Notes under the pieces: model-generated
The model's input: only the letters and a program-made list of their open reading frames with translations
Told to the model about the DNA's origin: nothing
The model's database searches: none
NCBI RefSeq assembly: GCF_006345805.1
Contig: NC_042998.1
Location: forward strand, 95,108,001 to 95,172,000
From: Octopus sinensis
Taxonomy: Eukaryota
Direction of reading: 5' to 3'
DNA length: 64,000 nt
Translations under genes and position numbers: made by a program
Shown: positions 51,660-64,000 of the stretch, in pieces
Position numbering within the stretch: position 1 is the first letter of the stretch
How the letters are laid out: each line of letters begins with the position of its first letter

Positions 51660-52850
51660 AAGCACGTTGGACAAAATGCTTGGCATCATTTCGTCCGTCT
51701 TTAACGTTCTGGGTTCATATTCCGCCGAGGTCGACTTTGCCTGTCATCCCTTTCAGGGTCGATAGAATACCAGATGAAGACTGGGATCGATGTGGCCGAC
51801 TTTACTCCTGCCCGAAATTGTTAGCCTTTAGTCAACATTTGAAATCGCTATTATCTTTTCTACAAAGGCGGCGAGCTGGCAGAAACGTTAGCACGCCGGG
51901 CGAAATGCGTAGCCGTATTTCGTTTCCGTTACGTTCTGAGTTCAAATTCCGCAGAGGTCGACTTTGCCTTTCATCCTTTCGGGGTCGATAAATTAAGTAC
52001 CAGTTACGCACTGGGATCGATATAATCGACTTAATCCGTCTGTCTGTCCTTGTTTTGTCTCCTCTGTGTTTGGCCCCTTGTGGGTAGTAAAGAAATAGGT
52101 ATTTCGTCAGCCGCTAAGTTCTGAGTTCAAATTCCGCAGAGGTCGACTTTGCCTTTCATCCTTTCGGGGTCGATAAATTAAGTACCAGTTACGCACTGGG
52201 GTCGATATAATCGACTTAATCCGTTTGTCTGTCCTTGTTTGTCCCCTCTGTGTGTAGCCCCTTGTGGGCAGTAAAGAATTAAGAAACGTTAGCATGTATT
52301 TCGTCTGCTGCTACGTTCTGAGTTCAAATTCCGCTGAGGTCGACTCTGCCTTTCATCCTTTCAGGACTGATAAATTAAGTACCAGTTGTGTACTGGGGTC
52401 GATCTAATTGACTGGCCCCCTACTCCCAAATTTCAGGCCTTGTGCCTATTGCAGAAAGGATTATTATCTTTTCTACAATAGACACAAGGCCTGAAATAGT
52501 CGATTTCATCAACTCCAGTACTCAGCTGGTATTTATTTTTATCGACCCCGAAAGGATGAAAGGCAAAGTCGACCTCGGCAGAATTTGAACCCAGAACGTA
52601 AAGATGGCCAAAATGCCGCTAAGCATTTCTTCTTTTATTCTTTTGCTTGTTTCAGTCATTTGACTGCGGCCATGCTGGAGCACCGCCTTTAATCGACCCC
52701 GGGACTTATTCTTTTGTAAGCCCAGTACTTATTCTATCGGTTTCTTTTGCCGAACCGCTAAGTGACGGGGACATAAACACACCAGCATCGGTTGTCAAGC
52801 AATGCTAGAGGACAAACACAGACACACAAACACACACACGCATATATATA

Positions 52851-52904
<54 letters not shown>

Positions 52905-53220
52905 TATATATATATACATATATACGACGGGCTTCTTTCGGTTTCCGTCTACCAAATCCACTCACAAGGCTTTGGTCGGCCCGAGGCTATAGTAGAAGAC
53001 ACTTGCCCAAGGTACCACGCAGTGGGACTGAACCCGAAACCATGTGGTTCGTAGACAAGCTACTTACCACACAGCTACTCCGGGCTTCTTTCAGTTTCCG
53101 TCTACCAAATCCACTCACAAGGCTTTGGTCGGCCCGATGCTACAGTAGACGACATTTCAGTGGGACTGAACCCGGAACCATGTGGTCGGGAAGCAAACTT
53201 CTTACCACACAGCCACGTCT
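51660..53220. mobile_element. Dense cluster of tRNA-derived SINEs, including a tandem multimer (51865-52460) and an inverted copy (52440-52625)
   Basis: Repeated GTTCTGAGTTCAAATTCCGC.GAGGTCGACTTTGCCTTTCATCC units. Confidence 0.9.
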
Positions 53221-53900
53221 GTGTCTTGTTAATTATTTATTTGTTTATTTATTTATTCATTTGATTATTTATTTATTTTTGCACACTTCAGTGAACAAGT
53301 GTCTCCCGCCATTGCTTGCCGTGTGACTCGGCACTTTGAAAAGTTATTCAGCAGATCCTCCTCTTAATCTGTTCCGTGTTAGATTCTTATCTGGAACGCG
53401 CGGTTGGCCATTTGGGGTTAGCGTCGCACCTTCAACGGACTCATATCAGGCACACTTCAAGTCAACATGGTAACCTGAGAATTCTCCCACTTTGTGGGAT
53501 GTGGCTTATAATCACTAGTTTAGCAAGCTATTAGTTGCAGTTAATTAGTACTTAGTTAACTATTTAGACTACTTACGGGGTTTTAAGCGAAACTGGTGAT
53601 TAAGCTACGCTTGACTAATCATAATATTCAGGAACGTTGTGATATACTTTTAGTATAGAAATGGATACTCGCTTTCATTGTGATCTCCACTACTACTGCT
53701 GCTGCTGCTACCGCTGCTCTACATTCACACGCAGGCACATAGTCATAAATACGCATGTACACGCGCGTGCGCACACACACGATCATACGCAAACACATTC
53801 CTATCCAATACACACATAAGCAACAACAAATGTACACGCACATATACATAATGATAGGTGTACTGACACGCATTTGTTTTGTGCTTACGCAAACAATTAT

Positions 53901-53958
<58 letters not shown>

Positions 53959-54156
53959 GCACACGCATACTCATAAAATATACACCTGTATAGATTAATA
54001 CGAATAGCTTAACATTCATAGTGTGGTAACACCTCAACTCGAGTTCAAGCTTACCAGTGATTTTACTTAACCTGCGGTGGCTGATATATATATATATATA
54101 TAATGTATATCAGCCACACAGCTTCGCCTATATAATATATATATAATATATTATAT

Positions 54157-54190
<34 letters not shown>

Positions 54191-54369
54191 GGCGAAGCTG
54201 TGTGGCGAGAAGGTTGTTTCCCAACCACATGATTCCGGATTCAGTCCCACTGCGCGGTACCTTGGGCTAGTATCTTCTACTATAGCCGCGGGCCGACCAA
54301 ATAGGTGTGAAAATTGCGGTATAATTTTCACTGGATCTACGTCAGGAATTCCGCAGTGTTCGTTTGGTT

Positions 54370-54770
54370 TATAATTGATGAGGGAAACAGAAAATAGATT
54401 TGCTACGAATCTTTATTCAACGCAACGATCGTTTTCGACCCATCCTGCAGCTGTCCCTTATGGGTAGCATATTGTGCATCTAGTTGTGTTGCATCAATTG
54501 GTGCAGTCTGTGTCATCTCAGGTGTTTGGTATAAAAGATAGCCTACTACATGTGTTGAGTTTCACTAGGCATGTTGTACTGCCTCGTACTATCTAATAGG
54601 TTATCTTTTATACCAAACACTCAGGGAGACACAGACTGCACTGATTGATACAACACAAGTAGATGTACAATATCCAACCCGTAAGCATCAGTTGCAGGAT
54701 GGGTCGAAACGATCGTCACGCTAAATAAAGATTCGTAGCAAATCCATTTTCCGTTTCCCCATCAATTATA
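54370..54770. repeat. 400-bp diverged fold-back (about 175-bp arms, about 50-bp spacer) of Penelope-3'-end-like sequence
   Basis: TATAATTGATG...TTTGCTACGAATCTTTATT...CGACCCATCCTGCA is mirrored at the right end. Confidence 0.9.
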
Positions 54771-54924
54771 TATATATGGCAAATGAAAGACAGAAGAAGG
54801 AATATACGAGAATTTATTATTCATCACGACAATCTCGTATAGTCCATCTTCTGTCTTTCATTTGCTATATACCTAACGATCACTCTGAAGTGACCGTGCT
54901 TTACCAGGTGTAAACCATTCGTTT

Positions 54925-54968
<44 letters not shown>

Positions 54969-55088
54969 ATATATAGTTATATATAGTTATATATTATATA
55001 TATATATAATATTATATATATATATATATATATATTATTTTATAGTTATATATTATATATATATATAGTTATATAGTTATATATATAT

Positions 55089-55866
55089 ACATTATATAAA
55101 AGGGCTTAGTAAAATAAATTACTTTGCCGCATACTGAACTCATTAGAAATAGCAGCTAAAAACTTTTTCAAGGCTATTTCTAATACTTAAGAAAATCTCT
55201 CTCATATATAGTGTTTGCATAATTTAACTCACAAAAGTTTGGGGGTAATGACATCGAAAAATCAAATGCTAAGGTTATTCGAGAACGTACGTTTCAAGAT
55301 TAGTCAAAACAACATTTCTATCATCGGCTCGGAAATTCCTTGGTTTGGATTTGGAAACACTGAAATAAGAACATACCCTCTCGAAGATCTGCTCCCAACT
55401 AACAGTGCCAACAAATTCAAAATAAGCAAGCGAAGAATCTCTGTTCTCCCCTTTCCACCAGCGTGGGTTAAATCATCAGTTTGATGATTTTAACCCACGC
55501 TGGTGGAAAGGAGAGAACAGAGATTCTTCGCTTGCTTATTTTGAATTTGTTGCACTGTTAGTTGGAGCAGATCTTCGAGAGGGTATGTTCTTATTTTCAG
55601 TGTTTCCAAATCCAAACCAAGGAATTCCGAGCCGATGATAGAAATGTTGTTTTGACTAATCTTGAAACGTACGTTCTCGAATAACCTTAGCATTTGATTT
55701 TTCGATGTCATTACCCCCAAACTTTTGTGAGTTAAATTATGCAACACTATATATGGAGAGATTTTCTTTAAGTATTAGAAATAGCCTTGAAATTTTTTAG
55801 CTGCTATTCTAATGAGTTCAGTATGCGGCAAAGTAATTTATTTTACTAAGCCCTTTTATATAATGT
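55089..55866. repeat. 778-bp near-perfect palindrome with a 3-nt loop (GTT at 55479-55481)
   Basis: Arms differ almost only by single-base indels; twin ORFs 55215..55484(+) and 55490..55747(-) share their N-terminal sequence. Confidence 0.97.
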
Positions 55867-56008
55867 AATAATTTGAATTCGCCTTGAATGGTCCCTTTGC
55901 ATACTGAACACTTGGTGAAATTGATTAATAATTAATTAATTTTGCCCTCAATTGTTGAAGTTATATATATATATATATATACATACATACATACACATAT
56001 ATATATAC

Positions 56009-56043
<35 letters not shown>

Positions 56044-56826
56044 TGTATGTATGTATGTATGTATGTATGTATGTATGTATGTATGTATGTATGTGCGTGT
56101 GTGATGTGTGTGTGTATGTGTCTTTGTGTTTGAGTTTGTCCCTTTTCGGTAGACAACCAGCCCCGGTTTTTCTTACATTCTCGGAGATTAGCGGTTCGGC
56201 AAAAAGATACCAATAGAATAAATTCCAGACTTTATGAAAAATGTACTGGGGTCGATTTCTTTGACTAAACTCTTCAACGTGGTGCATCACTATGGCAGAA
56301 CCAAAAAAGGTATGGAAATTTTTCTACCCTACCGCTACCCTTTTTCAATTTTCACAGCCGCTCTCGCCGCCGCCATGAGAAACACACAAGCATAAACGCA
56401 CAGGCACGCACACACACACATACACACACACACATACACACACACACACATACACATACACACACGCACACATTCACACATACACACACTGTCCTGGCGT
56501 CTTATGAAAGGTAGGAATATTGGATAATGTATTCCAGGTTACACTATGTCTGGACAGGAAAAAAGAAAAGAAAAAGGTAAAAAAGAAAGGTCATGATGTT
56601 CACGGCAGGAATGCCTTTGATCATAGATCCACTCAAGTAGGGCCGAATTGGGTTTAAACAACACCACTAACAACAACACGAACAACACTAGCAACGTTAT
56701 AAATAAGCAGACTTATCATGTGTCCCTTTCAGAGACTAATTTGTAGAATGCAATTTTCTCGAAAGTAAAACAGAGCGGGAGAAGAGGCGGGTGTATTCGA
56801 TGAGTCTTTAGAAGTTTATAATAGTT

Positions 56827-56859
<33 letters not shown>

Positions 56860-59112
56860 TTTCCATATATCCAGACGTACGTTCAACAATTTTCCAGCGT
56901 GTCGCTAGAGTAAACATTATTTGGCAAGGCGAAACTGATTTGAATGAAAAGAAAACTGTGGTCCTATTTCTGAAGTTATTCGGCCTTAACACGGAGCTGC
57001 CTTTCAATGAGCTGACACTTGTAAGACAGCTCAAAAGATACGACACCAGGCGTTTTCACGTTCCTACCTAATTGCCTACCTGTCCTACCTGTCTGTTTGT
57101 CTGTCTGTCAGCCTGTCTCTTGTCTCTCTGTCTGTCCGTTTCGTGCCAATTCAGCTTTTGGTATTCAGCGGCACCATCACCGATATCTCTCGTAATTGGG
57201 TAGAAACTGTGGTGATGATGATGGTGATGACGACGACGACGACGACGATGATGATGATGATGATGATGACGACGACGTCGGCGATGATTTGGATGATAAT
57301 GATAATAAGGAGGAGTGGGTGACTACGACGATGGTGTCGACAACGATGACGGCGATGACGACGATGAGGAGGAAAAGGGAAAGAGGGGAGGATGATGCTG
57401 AGGAGAAGGAGTAAGGGAGAGAAGAAGGAGGAGGGGAGAAGGATAAGGACAACGATAACTGCAATGACTACAACGACAACGACGACGGTGATGATGAAGA
57501 TGATGATATCGATGCTCTTGTTGCTGTTGATGATGATGTGTGTAACGACGATGATAACGAAGGTTGTGGTAGTGGTCGCCACGATGGTAATGGCAAAGGC
57601 GACGGCGACTATGGTGATGACCTTAAACTGTAAAAACTTCATTAAAACAAAATGGGCAGAAAAAAGCAAATTTATTCAGATTAATAACAAAGCAACACAA
57701 AACAATATCTGATAATTCTGCAGGAAGGAAGAAAAAAAATTAAAATTGAAAACAGAGAAAATGGAAGAGATAAGATAATAGAGCTGGAACTGCTTCGAAA
57801 AAAATGTGAAGAAAATTGTTACCTCAGTTATCCAATCAGTGTATGGTTAAATAAAATGAAATAGAATAAGATAAAATAGAATAATAAATAAATAAATGAG
57901 TATGATTGTGTAGATAAGAAGATCGCTTCGCAACTACATGAATTTGAGTTCAAGTCCACTGTGCCGCCTTGAGCAAGTGTCTTGTATGATAGCCAATGCT
58001 TTGTGAGTGGATTTGGTAGACGGAAACTGTGTGGAAGCCCATCGTGGTGATGTTAACACGAATAAAGGAACAAGCCGTGAACACACAACACCAGGCGCCG
58101 AAACAAATATTGTGAAGCATTTTCTCCAACGCCTTAACAATTTCGAAAATCCACTGTCCTCGAAAATCATGAAAAAGTGGTATACTTCGATTCCTTTAAC
58201 AGATATAGACGTTAAAAAAATTATGAGATATCAAATTTTGTCAAATCATAAGCGGAAGAAAGTCTTAATGAAGAATTTTTAAGGTTTACTAAACTTCTTA
58301 AAACTTCTTATATTATTTCTGATATTCTTTTTGCTCTAGGCACAAGACCCGAAATTTGGGGGGAGGGGGCCAGTCGATTAGATCGACCCCAGTATTTTTT
58401 ATATGGTATACAACCCCACCAAGCAAAAAATTTAATTAAGGAGAGTACCCCCCTCTCCGGATAATAGCACTGTATCCTCCCCTAAGCCTCAACCTTACCA
58501 TAAAGGTATCAATTGAACTTACCTTATTTGAAATTTCCAGAAGACCTTATAGTGTCTTTATCAATGAATTATAGTGTGCCAATTTTTATCAAAAAGACGA
58601 GCAAAAGAGGAATTTCAATTGAATACTTCTTAAGAACTTTTAGTAGTTCTTAAAAATTTGTAACTGAAAAAACATTTTTAATGGAGCTATTGAAATTTTT
58701 TAATTTTTTGCTAACAGGTAACCTTAAATTTATTATTTCAATTAATTTTTAAATTATAGAGTAGCTAATAAAAGCTATTATTTTTAGTTTAAAAATCTAA
58801 ATATGTTTTAATATCTTAACTATAGCTGCAATATATCAAGTATAAATATGCTTGTCCTATATTTTCTCAGGTGTAACAACTTGTCCTGTACATTTCCAAG
58901 TTTAATAACTTAAGAATATTAACTTTCTTGTGTCCGCATTTTTCGTTGTAATATATATACTGCCGGCTTCTTTCAGTTTCCGTCTACCAAATCTACCTAC
59001 AAGCGTTTGGTCTGGGAGAGGCTATATAAGAAGACATTGTCCAAGGTGCTACGCAGTGGGGCTGAACCCAGAACCATGTGGTGGGAAAGCCAGCTTCTTG
59101 CCACGCCTGCGC

Positions 59113-59158
<46 letters not shown>

Positions 59159-60439
59159 ACATATATATGGTAGTCCAACCCTATTTCCATGCTCAATATT
59201 TCCTGTGAACTGGCTGTTCCATAATAATGATGATGATTATGATGATGATGATAATGATGATGGTGCTGGTACTGGTGCTGGTGGTGATAAAGCGGAGGAA
59301 GATAAAGCTATTCCTGGTCTGAATGAACAAATTCCGGGCTAAATAGGCAGTGACATTTCGGGCAGTAACATTCATGATACTTATTTTATCGAACCCCACT
59401 GGAAAGATAAAAAGCAAAGTCGATTCGACAGGATTTGAACTGAATACGTAAAGGGATATGTAGTCTTCGAACCTGAAGAAGAAGAAGAAGAAGAAGAAGA
59501 AGAAGAAGAAGAAGAAGAAGAAGAAGAAGAAGAAGAAGAGAAGAAGAAGAGAAGAAGAAGAAGAAGAAGAAGAAGAAGAAGAAAAGAAGAAGAAGAAGAA
59601 TAAGAAGAAGAAGAAGAAGTACTTATAGCATAATTGGAAATATGAATGAAAGCGTACGAATGAAATGTATGTGGAAGAATGTGAGAGAGGGGCAGAGGGT
59701 TTTAAGTGTGAGAAGAGAGAAAGAAGGGGTGGCAGTAATAGGCACGACAAAGATGAAAAGATTAGAGATGTAATGAAAAGTGAAAATAATAAATGTATGG
59801 AAGAGAGAGAAGAGAGGGAATGAAAGAGATAGGGTATAGAGTGAAAAAGCGAGAGATGAAGGGTAAGAAAGATTCGCGTAAAAGTTAAGTTGTTTACACT
59901 GAATGAACGACCTAATTGTAAGCAAAGCTCGTTTTGGTCTTCGGTTTATATAGATTACTTGTTTGTTATGGATTCAACACCATTTAAACATTTAATCATT
60001 TCAAGGGAACGAACATGTCTTTCAAAGACTGTTAAAAAAATTACCTTACATCCATCGTTGTAAAACCCCTTTCATTTGGTTTGTTTGCTCCGAGTAAACG
60101 AGACTAAACGATCGAGAATAAAAGAATTTCTTTTCCATTAACCTGTTAACCGTCTTTCTTTCTTTCCCCATGTCTATTAATTCATTTCTTATTTACATCG
60201 TGAAAGCGACAGTTTTGCTTTTAAAAGCAAGTGTAGAATTCACTTTCCATTTCGTTCACGAAATGTCAAAATTTTCATCGCTCGTCTACGACCTAGTCAC
60301 TAATAAAGTTATATTACATATCACTTGCTTGATAAATGCAGCTCCAACATTTTTCACTTGCTAATTCATTAAATCATTTATCTTATTAATTAATTAATTA
60401 ATTAATTAATTTATTAATTTCAACTGTGTTGTATTTTTA

Positions 60440-61260
60440 ATTCGAGAGTTGCAAGCAGTCCAGTTTATGGAACGTTGGATTATCAACCAATAGTATTAAT
60501 CTATTTTTCCGCTTTCCTTCTTGACTATTCGTGGATTAAAGGGGCGTACAACATCAACAATATAGCACATGTGGTGCATCATGTCGACCACCACGAGGTC
60601 CGGTCTCTTATTCTCTAGCACCTGATCTGTTTGGATTGGGAAATCCCAGAGGATTTTACAAGTCTCCGACTCTGCCACTCAGCAGCTTGTGCTCATACCA
60701 CGTCTTGCCTCTCTCTAGCCTCCACTTTTCGCAGTTTCCAACGAAGCACTTTCACTTTATCGTGTCGCCACAAATTGTAGTGGTTTTAGGTAAGTCTAGA
60801 GCATTTGTTCTTGATATGGGCACTGGTTTCGGCCACTCTATTACAGGTGCGGCCCAGCGGAGACACTTGCTCATTCCTAAGTCGGACCCTCCAATTCGTA
60901 GGCAAAGCTTGGTCTTGAGCTGCTAGTATAGTGCTCTCGGTCTCTTTTTTTTTAAGGTTCCTTTCATCAACCAATCCCACCTATGTTTTGCAGCAACTCC
61001 ATTTGTGGCTACATGGAATTCATTGCATAGTCTTTATTGCGTAATGCTTCTTCATGTCTTGTTTGTACTTCTTTTGTTTTTCCTTTTTCTTTTGCTTCTT
61101 CCTTTGTTTTTCCTTTTTCTTCTGCTTTTAATACTCCTTCGTTCCTAACTGACACTAGCAAAATTTCCTTACTTTGAGCTAGTATCTCATTAAGCTCTCG
61201 AGTTCGATACGCACGCAGTCTTCCACGTTTATCAGTCCCCCTTCATCCATTTGCTCTCTT
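60440..61260 (-). mobile_element. Decayed R4/Dong-like RLE LINE, 3' part
   Basis: ILAAQDQAL, KILWDFPIQTD..LEN.RPDLVVVD and IVDV motifs. Confidence 0.85.
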
Positions 61261-61398
61261 CATATACAGGTGATTAGTGTCTGCACGTGGATGATGGGCT
61301 CAATGCATCGCAAGGAACTTTTTTTGTCTATCTACTTCAGGATTCCAGTGCCATGACGAACTACTGCGACTGCGCACGAGTTTATTATTATTATTATA

Positions 61399-61441
<43 letters not shown>

Positions 61442-61466
61442 TATTATTATTATTATTATTATTTTA

Positions 61467-62810
61467 TGACTGACTTTTGCTTTACATTTGTACAAGTTGG
61501 TTCCAAGTCTCGCCCGGAGACCTCAAGAGACAACAAGTTAGAAGTTCGTGTTGGTGTTAAGCCTAGGGTGCCATATATTTAGTTTTATACTTAGTGTTGT
61601 ACTAGTGAATGTCTTAAAAACCATAAGAAAATTATGTGTTTGTTTTAAAACTTGAGATTACATAGAAAGTATTTTGCGTAGGATATGGGCAGTTTCCATT
61701 ATCTCTTGAATTTCTGCCATTTAGGGGGTTTCCTGGTATCTGAGCTAGGTAACAATCAGCCCCTTTTGCTATTATTCCCAGGACACCTATGACAACAGGT
61801 ATTGTTTTAGTCTTCAGGTTCCACATTTTGCTAACTTCTATTTCAAGATCTTTATATTGGCTCAGTTTTTGGTAGGTCTTGACAAATACGTTTATATCGA
61901 TTGGGACAGTCATATCAATGAGGAGGCATGATTTTAGTCTGAAGTCTTTCAATATGATGCCTGGCCTATTTGCATCTATCTGTCAGTTTGAATGGTGAAG
62001 TTCCAGAGGAGTGAGATGTGATCATTTTCAAGTACTGGAGGTGGTTTGTGTTCCCAGCAGTTTTATCATGGAGCAAGTCCAAGTTTTTGCAAATTACCCA
62101 GTGAATATATTGTGCAGCTGTATCATGCCTGTTGAGATACTCTGTAGGCGTAAGAAGACTGCACTTGGAGACAACATGATCATTGGTTTCATTTTGTTGT
62201 TGACATACACGACATGTTGGGCTACTGCCGTTCTTTAATGTGTTGGCCTGGTAGTTCCTTGTAGATAGGCATTAATCTTGGGCTGCTATGATAAACCCTT
62301 CTGTTTCAGATTTTAAGCCAGAAGTCATTAGCCATTGATGAGTAAGGGCTTTGTCAACATCGGCATTATTCGCTCTCTTTGGGTATTTGCCATTGAGAGG
62401 TTTTTCTTACCATTTATCATTCAGAATATCTACGGCAGCAGTTTTAACACGGGTTTTCATGCGCTTAGCTTTTTCTGCGCTTGTTTCTCGTATGTCTAAT
62501 TCCGGAATTTGTTATATTTGGAATTCACTTAGATATTCCTTTGCCTGTTTTGTTACTGAGCATGTTGCTTTCTTGTTTTCGTGTTTTGAGACAAGTTTTA
62601 ACATCCAGTCCTCAGAGTTTTTCAGGTAGGTGTGTAGGCTTATTGTAGCAATCTTCGTTGTTAATGCCAGTTGTAAAAGTCCACGACCTCCCTCTTTTCT
62701 TGGGAGATAAAGTCGTTCTATATCTGCCTTAAGGTGGTGCATTCTAAGCATTGTCAACAGTTTTCGTATTTTTCTGTCAAGATTACATATTTCAGTAATT
62801 GATTAGCTAA
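61467..62810 (-). mobile_element. Decayed R4/Dong-like RLE LINE with its 3' end at the (TAA)n tract 61381-61463
   Basis: MHH.KADIERLYLPRKEGGRGL, LIDMTVP.D.NV..K...K...YKDLEIE and IPVVIG.LG motifs. Confidence 0.88.
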
Positions 62811-63099
62811 TGATATATTGATATATTTTATTAATATTATTATTAATGATATATTTACTATTATTATTATTATATTATTATTATTATTATTATATTATTA
62901 TTATTATTATATTATTATTATTATTATTATATTATTATTATTATTAAGGCAGCGAGCCAGCAGTATCGTTAGCGCGTAGGACAAAATGTTTAGCGGCATT
63001 TCATCTGTGTTTTCTTTCTAAGCTCAAATTCTACAGAGGTAGACTTTGCCTTTCGTCTGCTGGCGCCTAAGCCAAAATTTTAAACCATTATCATCATCA

Positions 63100-63155
<56 letters not shown>

Positions 63156-63156
63156 A

Positions 63157-63385
63157 CGGCGAGCTGGTAGAATCGTTAGCACGCCGGGGGAAATGCTTAG
63201 CGGGGTATTTCGTCTGCCGCTACGTTCTGAGTTCAAATTCCGCCGAGGTCGACTTTGCCTTTCATCCTTTTGAGGTCTATTAAATAAGTACTAGTTACGT
63301 ACTGGGGTCGATGTAATCGACTTAATCCGTGTGTCTGTCCTTGTTTGTCCCCTCTATGTTTAGCTCCTGTGGACAATAAAGAAAT
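63157..63385 (+). mobile_element. Full-length tRNA-derived SINE between (TTA)n and (CTA)n tracts
   Basis: Same family as the copies at 792 and 51865. Confidence 0.88.
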
Positions 63386-63402
63386 AATAACTACTACTAC
63401 TA

Positions 63403-63444
<42 letters not shown>

Positions 63445-63793
63445 TTACTACCACCACCACCAGTAGTAGTAGTAGTTGTTGTTGTTGTTGCGGCTAGTTA
63501 TTTACTTTGTGTAGGAAAGTTTACCCTTTCCCCTTGTCTCTTGAAGGCATGGAAAAAACTGTTTCAAGTTAAAATGGAAGTTTACGTATTTTTCAATTAC
63601 CGCGATATGGACAACGGCAGGTACTTTGCAAGGCTTTTGTTGGTGTTTGTTATTGTTGTTACTGCTGCTGTTGCTGCAGGTGCCGTTGTCGGACGAGTCG
63701 GACTACTCCTACTACTCCCTTTTTTCTCTTTTAGTAGTAGTAGTAGCAGCAGCAATAGCAGGCGTAGCAGCAGCAGCAGCAGCAGCAGCAAGC

Positions 63794-63825
<32 letters not shown>

Positions 63826-64000
63826 CAGCAGCAGCAGCAGCAGCACCCAATGGCAGTGTGATTAAGGCTGTCAATGATACTGTTGCTATGTTGCTGCAGC
63901 TGTTCGCGCTTAAGAAGATCGTGATGATGATGATGTGGAGGAGGAGGTGGAGGAGTAAAATCGTGGTGTTGATGACAATGATGACACTCATGATGATATC

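Noticed and set aside
55455-55480. CTGATGA...GAAA at the centre of the large palindrome as a hammerhead
   Set aside because: Stem II does not start next to the core, and there is no stem III or NUH site.
55215-55747. Twin ORFs (89 aa plus, 85 aa minus) as a duplicated gene pair
   Set aside because: They are by-products of the palindrome, diverge through indels and show no recognisable domain.
56341-56400. Acceptor-like TTTTCACAG followed by the Kozak-like GCCGCCGCCATG
   Set aside because: The frame runs straight into a (CA)n tract with no donor; probably chance or repeat-derived.
58007-58282. 91-aa plus-strand ORF with protein-like appearance
   Set aside because: The first half is SINE-derived (57940-58040, and a reverse-complement SINE head at about 58100-58160); no convincing splice sites.
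58400-58930. AT-rich stretch suggestive of a mitochondrial insertion (contains a YPPLS-like codon run and small hairpins)
   Set aside because: The COX1 context (GTGWTV) is missing and I found no continuous mitochondrial frame or rRNA motif. BLASTN against a cephalopod mitogenome would settle it.

Overview
Repeat-saturated, intron-dominated eukaryotic DNA. The dense (TA)n/(TACA)n/(CA)n microsatellites and tRNA-headed SINEs resemble an octopus/coleoid cephalopod genome (inference, not checked). Almost all ORFs in the supplied track are microsatellite or antisense artefacts. Reading splice sites on the minus strand recovers one protein-coding gene the track mostly misses: at least 12 phase-compatible GT-AG exons (44734 down to 1752, 1551 nt = 517 codons, 3' end not found in the window). 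It encodes N-terminal armadillo/HEAT-like repeats followed by fibronectin type III domains. Its introns and upstream region hold a transposon zoo: a full-length RTE LINE with a 12-bp TSD nested in an older RTE, several R4/Dong-type RLE LINEs (the best-preserved ending in (TAA)n), a complete Merlin (IS1016/IS1595-like) element with perfect 26-bp TIRs and an 8-bp TSD, a Helitron, mariner/Tc1/Tigger/hAT derivatives, a Penelope GIY-YIG fragment and dozens of SINEs. The most unusual signals are two candidate minimal hammerhead ribozymes plus decayed relatives in small Penelope-like pieces, a set of mostly (TA)n-associated fold-back palindromes (0.1-0.8 kb), and a tendency of each element class to sit in its own type of microsatellite. 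All coordinates were read by eye; no alignments or database searches were run.
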